Source of the DNA: Bacteroidota bacterium
GTDB lineage: Bacteria; Bacteroidota; Bacteroidia; Bacteroidales; WCHB1-69
Length of the DNA: 64,000 bases
Assembly (NCBI GenBank): GCA_009786185.1
Contig: WQTS01000139.1
Coordinates: 6,802 to 70,801 of the forward strand
Direction: 5' to 3'
The position numbers were made by a program, and so were the translations under genes. This document shows, piece by piece, positions 1 to 9,313 of the stretch; the first letter of the stretch is position 1, and each line of letters opens with the position of its first letter. Below the pieces are notes generated by a model. That model did not search any database. It saw only the letters and a program-made list of their open reading frames with translations, and had not been told where the DNA came from.

Positions 1-928
1 ATGTATCAACATCTTTCAATGTTTCTAACGCATAAATCGTAGCCTCCGGCACCGTTGCGATTGAGTCATTGTAAAAACGAATACCGTGTTTTTCTCCCAC
101 AAACTCTTGCCTATGTTCTAAAGGCACAAATGAGGTTAACGCTATTTCAATATCCTTATCGGAAATACCTAATAATTTGCACGTTGTAATGGCAGCGTTA
201 TTTTTATCATGATTCGAAAAAGGATAAAATTCCCGAACAAAATTATGCTGAATGATTTGTTTTGAAATCTGAGCATCATCTTCATTATATATCAAAATAT
301 CATTTTCAGTTTGATACTTGGTAATATTCATCTTAGCATGCACATAACTTGAAAATGAGTTAAAATAGTCTAAATGTTCTTGATATAAATTGAGCATTAT
401 TGCAATATGAGGCGAATAATGCACAAATTCCAACTGATGCGCCGAAAGTTCCGCTACAACAAACGTTTGTTCATCAATTTCATCAATAATATCAAAAAAA
501 GGCGTACCGATATTTCCTGCCAATACTGCTTTTTTATGATTTTGTTTCAGCATATGATAAATTAATGAACTTGTAGTGCTTTTCCCTTTAGTTCCCGTAA
601 TTCCAATGGTTTGTTTGGCATAATATTGCAAAAACAGCGCCGTTTGCGAACTTATTTTTTCCGGCTCAATATAATAGTTTAGGTGCGCAAAACTGATTCC
701 GGGTGTTTTCAAAATAAGGTTGTAATCGTTCAGGTTTTGCAGATAATTTTCTCCAGAAATGATTGTTGTATTAGTGTCATTAAGGTCAATAAAGTTCTTA
801 TCATGAATTGCCAAATGTTTGTCAGGCAAATAGTTTCTAATAAAATTAAAAGAAGATTTTCCTTCCCTTCCAAAGCCAAGGATGGCGATTTTTTTGTCTT
901 TTAAGAAGTCTATAATTTTCATTTTCAT
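1..928 (-). CDS. Mur ligase family protein, MurD-like (UDP-N-acetylmuramoylalanine--D-glutamate ligase-like); C-terminus runs off the window
   Basis: Own translation of the minus strand from ATG at 928; it is absent from the ORF track because there is no stop in the window. Reads MKMKIIDFLKDKKIAILGFGREGKSS..., then the Mur-ligase P-loop AKQTIGITGTKGKSTTSSLI (about nt 560-620). Confidence 0.6.
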   Translation of the reverse strand, partial: MKMKIIDFLKDKKIAILGFGREGKSSFNFIRNYLPDKHLAIHDKNFIDLNDTNTTIISGENYLQNLNDYNLILKTPGISFAHLNYYIEPEKISSQTALFLQYYAKQTIGITGTKGKSTTSSLIYHMLKQNHKKAVLAGNIGTPFFDIIDEIDEQTFVVAELSAHQLEFVHYSPHIAIMLNLYQEHLDYFNSFSSYVHAKMNITKYQTENDILIYNEDDAQISKQIIQHNFVREFYPFSNHDKNNAAITTCKLLGISDKDIEIALTSFVPLEHRQEFVGEKHGIRFYNDSIATVPEATIYALETLKDVDT

Positions 929-1007
929 TTGAGGTTACAAAAGAAGGAAAAAAATAAATAGAAGACATTTTTTTTACTTTTGCCAAAACATTCAAAATGC
1001 CAACATC

Positions 1008-2012
1008 ATGAATTCTTTCGGCACATCATTCATCCTCAGCGATTACGGCGGCACCCACGATCCCCACATCGGCGGCACAATTACCGGCTGCCCTGCCGAC
1101 ATTGAAATTGATTTTGAATTTATACAGAGCGAACTAGCTCGCCGTGCACCTTCTCAACATCCAAATTCCACTCAACGCCGCGAACCGGATCACGTAGAGT
1201 TTTTATCCGGCATAGAAAACGGAAAAACCACAGGCGCTCCTATCGAATTTCGCATTCAAAACGAAGATGTGCAACCCAATAAAGCGATGTTGCACGTCAT
1301 AAAACCCTCACACGCTTCTTATACCTACAAGATAAAATACGGAATTACAGACAATTCAGGTACCGGAAGAGCCTCCGCGCGACAAACCGCGTGCAGAGTC
1401 GTGGGCGGCGCCATCGCCAAATTGTATTTAAAAAAATTTGGGATTGAAATTCATGCTTGGGAAAAGGGAAAAGGAAGAAGGGAGAAGGGAGAAAAATTCC
1501 TTCTCCTCTCTGAGGAGAAGGTGGCAGACGGCGACTTGTCGGCGTCTGACGGAAGAGGTGATGACGGCGATACCTTCGGCGCCTTAGTACATTGCACCAT
1601 CAAAAACCTCCCCGCCGGCTTAGGCGAGCCTGTGTACGATAAATTCGATGCACGTTTGGCATACGCCATGCTTTCCATTAATGCCTGCAAAGGTTTTGAA
1701 ATAGGCAAAGGTTTTGAAGCCGCCAATATGAAAGGCTCTGAATATAACGACATTCAAAATCCGGATTTTTCTTTTCAAAGTAATAACGATGGCGGTGTGC
1801 AAGCCGGAATTACTAATGGACAAGAAGTTTATTTTTCTGTGGCATTCAAACCTGTACCAACGTTGCAGATGAAGCAAAGTACAATTGATTTTGACGGAAA
1901 ATCCACCACTTATATTGGAAATAATCGTAATGATCGATGTGTGGCGCCAAGAGTTTTACCGGTGGTAGAAGCTATGGCAGCGTTAGTGGTGGCGGATTTT
2001 ATGTTGTCTTGA
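1008..2012 (+). CDS. aroC: Chorismate synthase (divergent, carries a repeat-derived internal segment)
   Basis: Motifs TGRASARQTACRVVGGAIA, LPAGLGEPVYDKFDARLAYAMLSINACKGFEIG and RNDRCVAPRVLPVVEAM match chorismate synthase signatures. The N-terminal GESHG-type motif is degenerate (GGTHDPH). Confidence 0.8.
   Translation: MNSFGTSFILSDYGGTHDPHIGGTITGCPADIEIDFEFIQSELARRAPSQHPNSTQRREPDHVEFLSGIENGKTTGAPIEFRIQNEDVQPNKAMLHVIKPSHASYTYKIKYGITDNSGTGRASARQTACRVVGGAIAKLYLKKFGIEIHAWEKGKGRREKGEKFLLLSEEKVADGDLSASDGRGDDGDTFGALVHCTIKNLPAGLGEPVYDKFDARLAYAMLSINACKGFEIGKGFEAANMKGSEYNDIQNPDFSFQSNNDGGVQAGITNGQEVYFSVAFKPVPTLQMKQSTIDFDGKSTTYIGNNRNDRCVAPRVLPVVEAMAALVVADFMLS
1459..1566. repeat. GA-rich tract plus 74-nt double-hairpin module, in frame inside aroC
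   Basis: nt 1491-1564 matches 48295-48368 at about 69/74 positions by eye. It contains the hairpins ccttctcc/ggagaagg and cagacg..cgtctg and is translated as EKFLLLSEEKVADGDLSASDGRGDD. Confidence 0.85.
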
Positions 2013-2055
2013 ACCGAGATTTTAATAAGATTTACAGGATTTACAAGATTTTTTA
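2011..2055. repeat. Short repeat related to the 53476-53569 inverted-repeat element
   Basis: gaaccgagattttaataagatttacaggatttacaagattt resembles the reverse complement of 53521-53569 (ttgaaccatgattttattaagatttacaagattt). It starts at the aroC stop codon. Confidence 0.6.
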
Positions 2056-2089
2056 ATAAAAAGCGTTATCTATATTAAAAATATAATTT

Positions 2090-4582
2090 ATGGTAAAAAA
2101 TCTTCCCAAAACTGCAATCGTTTATCGAGATGTAAAATATTCATATACGCAACTTTTACAATACGCAGAAAAATATTGCCAAACATTTTTATTAAACGGA
2201 AAAACACCTGAAAAGGTGATGATTTTTGCGGATAACGCTCCCGAATACTTTTTTGCAACCTACGGAGCGCTTAAATGCGATGCAAGCGTTGTGCCGGTAG
2301 ATGTGCAGTCAACAGCAAAAGAGATTTCATATATCATGGAGGAGTGTCGTCCGGAAATTATCTTTGTTTCAGAATATTATAAAGAAAAAATTGCTGATAT
2401 TGCCAATGTCATTCCCGATTATTCATACACCATTTTTTCGCCTTCCGACATTGATATTTCAAATATTGAAGAGATGCCCATCAATGAGATTTCGATGAGA
2501 CAAGATGATCACGTGGCGGCAATTATTTACACTTCAGGAACAACCGGATCGCCTAAAGGCGTAATGCTTTCTTATAAGAATTTTTGGTACAATCTTGATG
2601 CGGTTGCTAATCAAATTCCTATCTTTAATTCCAACACTAATATAATGGTTTTGTTGCCGTTGCACCACTCATTTCCTTTTGCCGGCACGATGCTGGCGCC
2701 ACTTTATGCAGGAGGAACCTGCTGGATTACCGATGGTATGAAACCGGAATCTATTTTGCAAACTTTAAGCGATGGAAAAATAACGCTAATCATTGGAGTT
2801 CCAAGATTATATGAAACGTTAGCCAAAAGCATCATGTCGAAAATTAATGCAAGTTTTGCTGCAAAAACGCTTTACAAATTAGCATCGTTGTTAAAATCGC
2901 GCGCTTTTTCAAAAACCATTTTTAAAGCGGTGCATCAAAAGTTTGGCGGACATATTCAACATTTGGTTTCCGGCGGCGCAGCGCTACCGACAGATATTGC
3001 GAAAATATACAGAACCTTAGGATTTTATATTTTAGAAGGGTATGGCATGACCGAATGCGCCCCTATGATTACCTTTACGCGCCCCGGCGAATGGCGCTAC
3101 GGCTATGCCGGTCGTTTGTTGCCCGGCTGTGAAATGAAAATTGCAGAAAACGACGAAATTTTGGTAAGAGGAAACAACGTAATGCAAGGCTATTATAAAA
3201 AGCCTGAAGAAACGGCAGCTATTATTCGCGATGGTTGGTTGCACACGGGAGACACCGGAACCATTGATGAAATAGGCGTTAAAATTACAGGCAGAATTAA
3301 GGAAATAATTGTAACTTCTAACGGAAAAAACATCAATCCTGTAGAAATTGAATTTGAGTTGATGAAAAAAAGCGTTTTTATGAAAGAAATCGCCGCTTTT
3401 CTTCACAACGACCAACTACATTTACTCATTTATCCCGAAATGAGCGCCATACGCCTGCATTCCGATGGCGATTTTGATGAATTGTTGAAAAACGAAATTG
3501 CCGAATACAACAAAAATGCAATGCACTACAAGCGTATTCAGCAGTTTCATGTTGTTTCGGAAGAATTGCCCAAAACCAGATTGGGTAAAATTCAACGTTT
3601 TAAATTGGAAGAATTTATTCAAAAGAAAGAACAAAGACCTGATGAGGAGATAGGACATTTTTCATCTACATATAAAATCTTAAAACAGTTTATTGACAAA
3701 GAATTGAATGTAAAAGCGCATTCCGGAGATCATTTTGAAATAGATTTGGCAATGGATTCATTAAACAAACTTGCGTTGCTCGCTTTTATAGAAAATGCTT
3801 TCTCTATATCAATGAAAGCGCAAGAGTTAGATGAGTTGTGTTGCTTGGAAAAATTGAGTCAATCTATTGAAAAACAGGCACCGGAGTACAATGAAAATGA
3901 AATGTCGTGGAAAGATATTTTGCAAACGGAAAAACCCACGTTAAAATTGCCGCGTTCCGGTTTTATTCATTGGTTTACTGCTAATTTTATTAAGCTCACT
4001 TTTCATTTATATTTTTGTTTAAGAGGAAAAGGGAAAGAAAATATTCCCAACCAACCGGTGATTTTTGTGGCAAACCACCGGAGTGGATTAGATGGCGTTT
4101 TTGTAACGGCGCGTTTGCCGTGGAAAAGGGTAAAAAACACTTTCTTTTTTGCAAAAGACAAGCATTTTCAGTCGGTTTTTGCACGTTTTATGGCACCTCG
4201 AAACAATATTATTCTGATGAATATTAACACTAATCTTCGTGAATCCATTGTGCAGATGAGTGAAGTATTACGACAAGGAAAAAATGTGATCATTTTTCCG
4301 GAAGGAACGCGCGCTAAAGACAAGAAAATGAAAGATTTTAAGGATATGTTTGCTATTTTAAGCCAAGAATTGAATATCCCTATTGTTCCGGTTGCCATTT
4401 CAGGTTCCGAGCGCGCCGCATTTCGTTTTAAACGCATTCCGAGACCTTTTGTGCGCATATTTGTGGAATTTTTACCTCCAGTTTATCCCAATGCTAATGA
4501 AAATGTGCAAGAGTTGAAGGAAAAAGTGCAATTAATAATTGAAAGTGTATTAACACAAGATTCCTCGCTACGCTCGGAATAA
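2090..4582 (+). CDS. Tri-domain enzyme: AMP-dependent acyl ligase, carrier-protein-like domain and PlsC-type acyltransferase (Aas-like, reversed domain order)
   Basis: AMP-binding motifs YTSGTTGSPKGV and GWLHTGD. Phosphopantetheine-site-like DLAMDSLNKLALLAFIE. Acyltransferase motifs NHRSGLDG (HX4D) and FPEGTR. Confidence 0.75.
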   Translation: MVKNLPKTAIVYRDVKYSYTQLLQYAEKYCQTFLLNGKTPEKVMIFADNAPEYFFATYGALKCDASVVPVDVQSTAKEISYIMEECRPEIIFVSEYYKEKIADIANVIPDYSYTIFSPSDIDISNIEEMPINEISMRQDDHVAAIIYTSGTTGSPKGVMLSYKNFWYNLDAVANQIPIFNSNTNIMVLLPLHHSFPFAGTMLAPLYAGGTCWITDGMKPESILQTLSDGKITLIIGVPRLYETLAKSIMSKINASFAAKTLYKLASLLKSRAFSKTIFKAVHQKFGGHIQHLVSGGAALPTDIAKIYRTLGFYILEGYGMTECAPMITFTRPGEWRYGYAGRLLPGCEMKIAENDEILVRGNNVMQGYYKKPEETAAIIRDGWLHTGDTGTIDEIGVKITGRIKEIIVTSNGKNINPVEIEFELMKKSVFMKEIAAFLHNDQLHLLIYPEMSAIRLHSDGDFDELLKNEIAEYNKNAMHYKRIQQFHVVSEELPKTRLGKIQRFKLEEFIQKKEQRPDEEIGHFSSTYKILKQFIDKELNVKAHSGDHFEIDLAMDSLNKLALLAFIENAFSISMKAQELDELCCLEKLSQSIEKQAPEYNENEMSWKDILQTEKPTLKLPRSGFIHWFTANFIKLTFHLYFCLRGKGKENIPNQPVIFVANHRSGLDGVFVTARLPWKRVKNTFFFAKDKHFQSVFARFMAPRNNIILMNINTNLRESIVQMSEVLRQGKNVIIFPEGTRAKDKKMKDFKDMFAILSQELNIPIVPVAISGSERAAFRFKRIPRPFVRIFVEFLPPVYPNANENVQELKEKVQLIIESVLTQDSSLRSE

Positions 4583-4589
4583 CAAAAAA

Positions 4590-4640
4590 CCCCTTCAGAA
4601 TTTGAAGGGGTAGACGACAAAGCCGGACGGAATAGTTTAA
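4590..4640 (-). terminator. Hairpin ccccttcagaatttgaagggg followed by a T-run on the minus strand; also a copy of the CCCCTTCAAAATTTGAAGGGG repeat family
   Basis: 8-bp GC-rich stem at 4590-4597/4603-4610. The minus strand reads hairpin then TTTTTTG, directly downstream of the minus-strand gene ending at 4637. The tail gacggaatagttta matches the family consensus gacggggtagttta. Confidence 0.6.
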
Positions 4641-6148
4641 AACCTAACCCCCATTGTAAGCATAACACGGTGCGTGATAAATTTATTATTTACCGCATTT
4701 ACAAATGCAGGTTCATACAGCCAATATTTTTCTTTAGAAGTAGTAAGTGCATAAGCAAAATCGCTATAAAACACTCTTGTTCTAAAGCCTAAACCAGCTG
4801 ATGCATAATGTTTTGAACCGTCATTAATATTATCTTTGTACGGAGATGAAATATAGTTATATCCGGCTCTGATAGAAAATACTTGAGTTACACTAAATTC
4901 TGCGCCAATACGTGCGATGTGGCTAAGACCATACAAATTTTGGATGTTTTTATTTTCTGTATTGAAATTATAACGAGTCGAATACATCGTTGCCATGCTA
5001 TAATCGGTAATTTCATATTCAGCGCTGATAAAAGCACGTTGTTGAATGAAAAAAGCTACGTTTGCCATGGCGCGCAAAGGTGTAGTAAGCGAATAGTTAA
5101 ATCTATTTGCGTAACTGTCTTCTACACCGTAGTAATCTCTTACCCAGGATCCTGAAACCAAAACATCTTCCCAGGCGTGTGCTTCCATTCGTCTTTCAAA
5201 AAACTCTCTTACATTTCCATAATAAGTAGGAGTATGAAATGCCACACCTACACGTAAAAAATCAAAAGGTTGATAAATAGCACCCAATTTTAAATTAATA
5301 CCGGTAGCGCGAACGCTAAGCCTATCTGTAATGCTTATATTTTGAAAGTTGAAGGATTCAGCATTCTTATCATTTACTTCTTTATATGTCCTATTTTCCG
5401 TAAAATCAATGAATGGTACACCAAGAGTTGCGCCTATAAATACCATATCATCATAATTGGATCCGAATGAAAAGATCATTTCATCATTTCCTCCTGTTCG
5501 TATAACAGTAGAAGATTGGAACATATTAACACCTTCCATTGTAGGTCTATATGTAGTTGGAGTTATGTTGTCAATGAGAAAAGAGTTCCATCCAATCCAA
5601 GCCTCAGCTCCTCCCGGACCTTCAGGCCATCTACGCACATCGTCAGAGTTAAGACCAAGGTTAGTAGCTGTTATAGCAACCTCAGAACCTATAGTACTAC
5701 CTGCATTTCTTCCTTCAATAGAAAAAACGTTATTATAGTTTTTAACACGATTAAAGCCAAAGCCTATTTGAAATTTTTTCCATAATGTGCTTGAAACACC
5801 CGGCAATGCCCATACCATACCGGCGCTTCCTACATTATATTTCACCCCTTGTGCTAATGTGTTGGTTCCGTTGTAGTCGGAGGCATTTTTAAAAATAGAG
5901 AGTGTCATGGGGGTAAAAGTTACTTCATTTCTTTTGTACAACCCAATGGAGGCGGGGTTCGTGTTGAGCGCTGAAAACTCGGCGCCCACAGCGCCAAAGG
6001 CTCTTCCTGCACCCATAAAACGGGCAGTTCCTTGCCAGTCTAATTCTGAAAAGCGAAGCGCATCTATTTCATTTTGAGCGCCAACGTTGATTTGCATTAG
6101 TGAAATTAAACCAATGCAAAGGGCGAATTTTTTTAAAGTTTTTTTCAT
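4637..6148 (-). CDS. Outer-membrane beta-barrel protein, FadL/OmpP1-like (hydrophobic-compound channel family)
   Basis: Signal peptide. N-terminal DALRFSE..GTARFMGAGRAFGAVGAEFSALNTNPASIG motif typical of the FadL-like family. Alternating beta-strand pattern with C-terminal ...MGVRF. Confidence 0.55.
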   Translation of the reverse strand: MKKTLKKFALCIGLISLMQINVGAQNEIDALRFSELDWQGTARFMGAGRAFGAVGAEFSALNTNPASIGLYKRNEVTFTPMTLSIFKNASDYNGTNTLAQGVKYNVGSAGMVWALPGVSSTLWKKFQIGFGFNRVKNYNNVFSIEGRNAGSTIGSEVAITATNLGLNSDDVRRWPEGPGGAEAWIGWNSFLIDNITPTTYRPTMEGVNMFQSSTVIRTGGNDEMIFSFGSNYDDMVFIGATLGVPFIDFTENRTYKEVNDKNAESFNFQNISITDRLSVRATGINLKLGAIYQPFDFLRVGVAFHTPTYYGNVREFFERRMEAHAWEDVLVSGSWVRDYYGVEDSYANRFNYSLTTPLRAMANVAFFIQQRAFISAEYEITDYSMATMYSTRYNFNTENKNIQNLYGLSHIARIGAEFSVTQVFSIRAGYNYISSPYKDNINDGSKHYASAGLGFRTRVFYSDFAYALTTSKEKYWLYEPAFVNAVNNKFITHRVMLTMGVRF

Positions 6149-6164
6149 AATTATTAATTTTGGT

Positions 6165-7679
6165 TTATGATTTTTGATTTCTTTCGTTTATTTCTTCAAT
6201 AAGTTTTCTATCGTTTTGCAAGCGTGGCACTTTATATTGTCCTCCCAATTTATTTTTTCGCGCTAACCATGCTATAAAAGTTTCTTCAGGAACAATGGTA
6301 ATTTCGGGGGCAATCAGCATGAGATCGCCGGTACGTTTTGCCTCATAATCGGAGTTAAGCGATTTTAATGTTTGGTCTAACACTGTTTTAAACTTCTCAA
6401 TATCATCAGGTAGTGTAGAAAACTCAATAAGCCATTGGTGCCCTCCTTTAGTTTTGGTTGCTTCCAAAAAAACGGGTGCTGCGGTATAGTGGGCTAAAAT
6501 AGCGCCGGTTTGCCGGCACGCTTCCGCTAAAGCTTTGTCGGCGTTATCTACCATTAACTCTTCGCCAAAAGCGTTGATATAGTGAGTGGTTCTTCCTGTA
6601 ATTTTAAAGCGATAAGGATGCAATGAAGTGAACATAATGGTATCTCCTATTTCGTAACGCCACAAACCGGCAGGCGTCGTGATTAGCAAGGCGTAATTTT
6701 TGTTTAATTGCACTTCTTGCAAAGGAATAGCTTGTTGCTTTGTACTGCCCATTTCATCTATCTCTAAAAACTCATAGAAAATACCGTTATCGGCGAGTAA
6801 CAACAGGTCATCGCAAAAACGTTGATCTTGAAACCCAAAAAAGCCCTCTGAAGCATTGTACATATTCATGAAGAAAACATCGGGAAGCAGTTTGCTATAT
6901 TCTTCTCTGTAAGGGGCAAATGCTACACCGCCGTGCATAAACAGTTCCAAATTGGGCCATACTTCTTTCAATCTGTTTTTTCCGGAAACTTTTAGTACCT
7001 CTCTCAATACCAACAACATCCATGAAGGAACACCGGAAATAGAAGTGATATTTTCATTAGCAGTATGTTTCGCAATAAGATGGAGTTTTTTATTCCAATC
7101 ATCATTTAGTAAGACTTCCTTATTGGGTGCTTTTAAATACTCTCCAATGGCAGGCATGTTTGCCATAAGCACTGCCGAAATATCTCCGCATTTTACTGTG
7201 GCTTCCGTATCCATTTTTTGCACACTTCCGCCCAAAGTAATTCCTTTTCCGGCAAACATCTCAGTGTCAGGGAATAATGCAATGTAAAATGTTAAGGTGT
7301 CTTTCGCCGACAAGTAATTGTTTAACTTCAACGAATCGTTTGTTACCGGAATGTACTTACTTTTGGCTTGCGTAGTTCCCGATGATTTTGCCACCCATTC
7401 TACTTTCGTGTTCCAAAGCACATTGTCTTCACCTCTAATAATACGTTCAATATAAGGATAAAGCGCATTATAACTTTGAATGGGCACATTGCGCTGATAG
7501 ACTTCGTAGCTCATATCAGATGTAAACCCAAAATCGCCTCCAAACTTGGTTTTCAATCCATTGCGAACCAAGTAGGCAAACCATTTCTCCTGCGTTTCCA
7601 ACGCATGTTCATACAGCGAAATGATTCTTTCGTCGCGATATGAGAAATAGGCGCGAATGGGCACATTCAATAGTTGCAT
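6165..7679 (-). CDS. GH3 (auxin-responsive promoter) family acyl-adenylate-forming protein
   Basis: Motif VAKSSGTTQAKSKYIPVT and the overall bacterial GH3 pattern (YQRNVPIQSYNALYPYIERIIRGEDNVLW). Confidence 0.75.
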   Translation of the reverse strand: MQLLNVPIRAYFSYRDERIISLYEHALETQEKWFAYLVRNGLKTKFGGDFGFTSDMSYEVYQRNVPIQSYNALYPYIERIIRGEDNVLWNTKVEWVAKSSGTTQAKSKYIPVTNDSLKLNNYLSAKDTLTFYIALFPDTEMFAGKGITLGGSVQKMDTEATVKCGDISAVLMANMPAIGEYLKAPNKEVLLNDDWNKKLHLIAKHTANENITSISGVPSWMLLVLREVLKVSGKNRLKEVWPNLELFMHGGVAFAPYREEYSKLLPDVFFMNMYNASEGFFGFQDQRFCDDLLLLADNGIFYEFLEIDEMGSTKQQAIPLQEVQLNKNYALLITTPAGLWRYEIGDTIMFTSLHPYRFKITGRTTHYINAFGEELMVDNADKALAEACRQTGAILAHYTAAPVFLEATKTKGGHQWLIEFSTLPDDIEKFKTVLDQTLKSLNSDYEAKRTGDLMLIAPEITIVPEETFIAWLARKNKLGGQYKVPRLQNDRKLIEEINERNQKS

Positions 7680-7685
7680 CTATCT

Positions 7686-9149
7686 TTATTTTACCGGAAT
7701 ATTTTTCACAGTTTCTACAAGAAAATCCCAGAATTTTCCTACGCTTTCAATATTTACGCGCTCGTCGGGAGAGTGAGGACTTCTAATGGTAGGTCCGCAA
7801 GAAATCATATCCCAATTTGGGTAAGCCAAACTGAAAAGCCCGCATTCCAAGCCTGCGTGAATCGCTTTAATTTCAGGCGTTTTACCATACATGTTTTCAT
7901 ATACTTTCATCATCGTTTTCAAAATAGGAGACTGTAAATTGGGTTTCCAACCCGGATAACCTCCTCTTAGTTCGATTCTTGCGCCGGCTAATTCGGCAAT
8001 AGCACGCATGTCGTCGGCTAAGGCTTCTTTTGCCGATTCCACGCTGCTACGCATTAAATTGGCAACAGAGAGTACGCCGTTTTCGGTTTTTACGATAGCC
8101 AAGTTGGTAGAAGTTTCCACCAAACCTGGCATAGAATCGCTCATGCGCACAACTCCGTTAGGAGTTGCCAACACCAAATTCACCACTTTTTCCTGACATT
8201 TTTTACACATTACTTGCTTGGGCGTTTCTATCGGTTTTAGCTCAACTTTAAAATCGGGCTCCGTACCTGAAAATTCTTTGGCAATATCGGCAATTAAACC
8301 ATTCATTAACTTCTCAAAGTCAGCCGTTTTATTTGCGGGAGCAGCTAATGTAACAAATGCTTCTCTCGGAATGGCGTTGCGCAAACTTCCGCCGTTAATA
8401 TTAGCAATATGAATATCAAAATTTTCTAATCCTTTTTTTAACAAGCGCATAGCTACTTTATTAGCGTTGGCGCGTCCCAAGATAATATCCATGCCGCTGT
8501 GTCCGCCTTTCAAGCCTGTAACGGCAATTTCGTAGCCTTTCATATCTGCCGGGGTGGCTTGCAGATTGTAATCTAATTCAAAATTGGCATCCAATCCGCC
8601 GGCGCAACCCACATAAAGTTCGCCCTCATCTTCCGAATCCAAATTGATTAAAATATTTCCTTTAATAAAGCCGGGTTTCAACCCAAAAGCACCGGTCATT
8701 CCGGTTTCTTCATCTACCGTAACTAAAACTTCAATAGGTCCGTGTTCTATATTTTTATCAATAAGAATTGCCATAGCGGCGGCGCAGCCCATTCCATTGT
8801 CGGCGCCTAAAGTGGTACCGGTGGCACGCACCCAACCGTCATCGCAAATACGCGGTAAAATCGGGTCGGTAACGAAATTGTGCTTAGAATCGCTGTTGGC
8901 TTGCGGCACCATGTCAATGTGCCCTTGAAAAATTATGGGTACGCGATTTTCGTATCCCGGAGTGGCAGGCTTGCGCAAAACCATGTTGCCGGTTTCATCT
9001 TGATCATACGCTATATTATGCTCTTTTGCCCAATCTTTGAGCCATGCCAATATTTTTTCTTCGTGTTTGGAAGGATGCGGAATTGCACAGATGTTTGCAA
9101 ATATTTCCCACATTTTGTGAGGATACAATTTCGATAATTCGTTGTTCAT
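7686..9149 (-). CDS. pepD: Aminoacyl-histidine dipeptidase (M20 family, PepD)
   Basis: N-terminal LSKLYPHKMWEIFANICAIPHPSKHEEKI and metal-binding HIDMVPQ ... DEETGMTGA are typical of PepD. Confidence 0.85.
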   Translation of the reverse strand: MNNELSKLYPHKMWEIFANICAIPHPSKHEEKILAWLKDWAKEHNIAYDQDETGNMVLRKPATPGYENRVPIIFQGHIDMVPQANSDSKHNFVTDPILPRICDDGWVRATGTTLGADNGMGCAAAMAILIDKNIEHGPIEVLVTVDEETGMTGAFGLKPGFIKGNILINLDSEDEGELYVGCAGGLDANFELDYNLQATPADMKGYEIAVTGLKGGHSGMDIILGRANANKVAMRLLKKGLENFDIHIANINGGSLRNAIPREAFVTLAAPANKTADFEKLMNGLIADIAKEFSGTEPDFKVELKPIETPKQVMCKKCQEKVVNLVLATPNGVVRMSDSMPGLVETSTNLAIVKTENGVLSVANLMRSSVESAKEALADDMRAIAELAGARIELRGGYPGWKPNLQSPILKTMMKVYENMYGKTPEIKAIHAGLECGLFSLAYPNWDMISCGPTIRSPHSPDERVNIESVGKFWDFLVETVKNIPVK

Positions 9150-9313
9150 AATGTTTTGTTTTATAGATTAATTATTGCTTGAAACAGACTACTGCTAAAT
9201 GAAGTTGCAAATATTCAATTTTTTTTTGGATTATTGCATATTTGAGGTTTATATATAAAATATATTTTTGCCACTTACTTTTTCAGCATTAATAATGCAC
9301 TAAAATCATCCCT

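Noticed and set aside
1451-1877. Antisense ORFs 1451..1753 and 1620..1877 inside aroC
   Set aside because: They are shadow ORFs opposite a well-supported gene. The first is kept open partly by the palindromic repeat. Neither has a recognisable motif.
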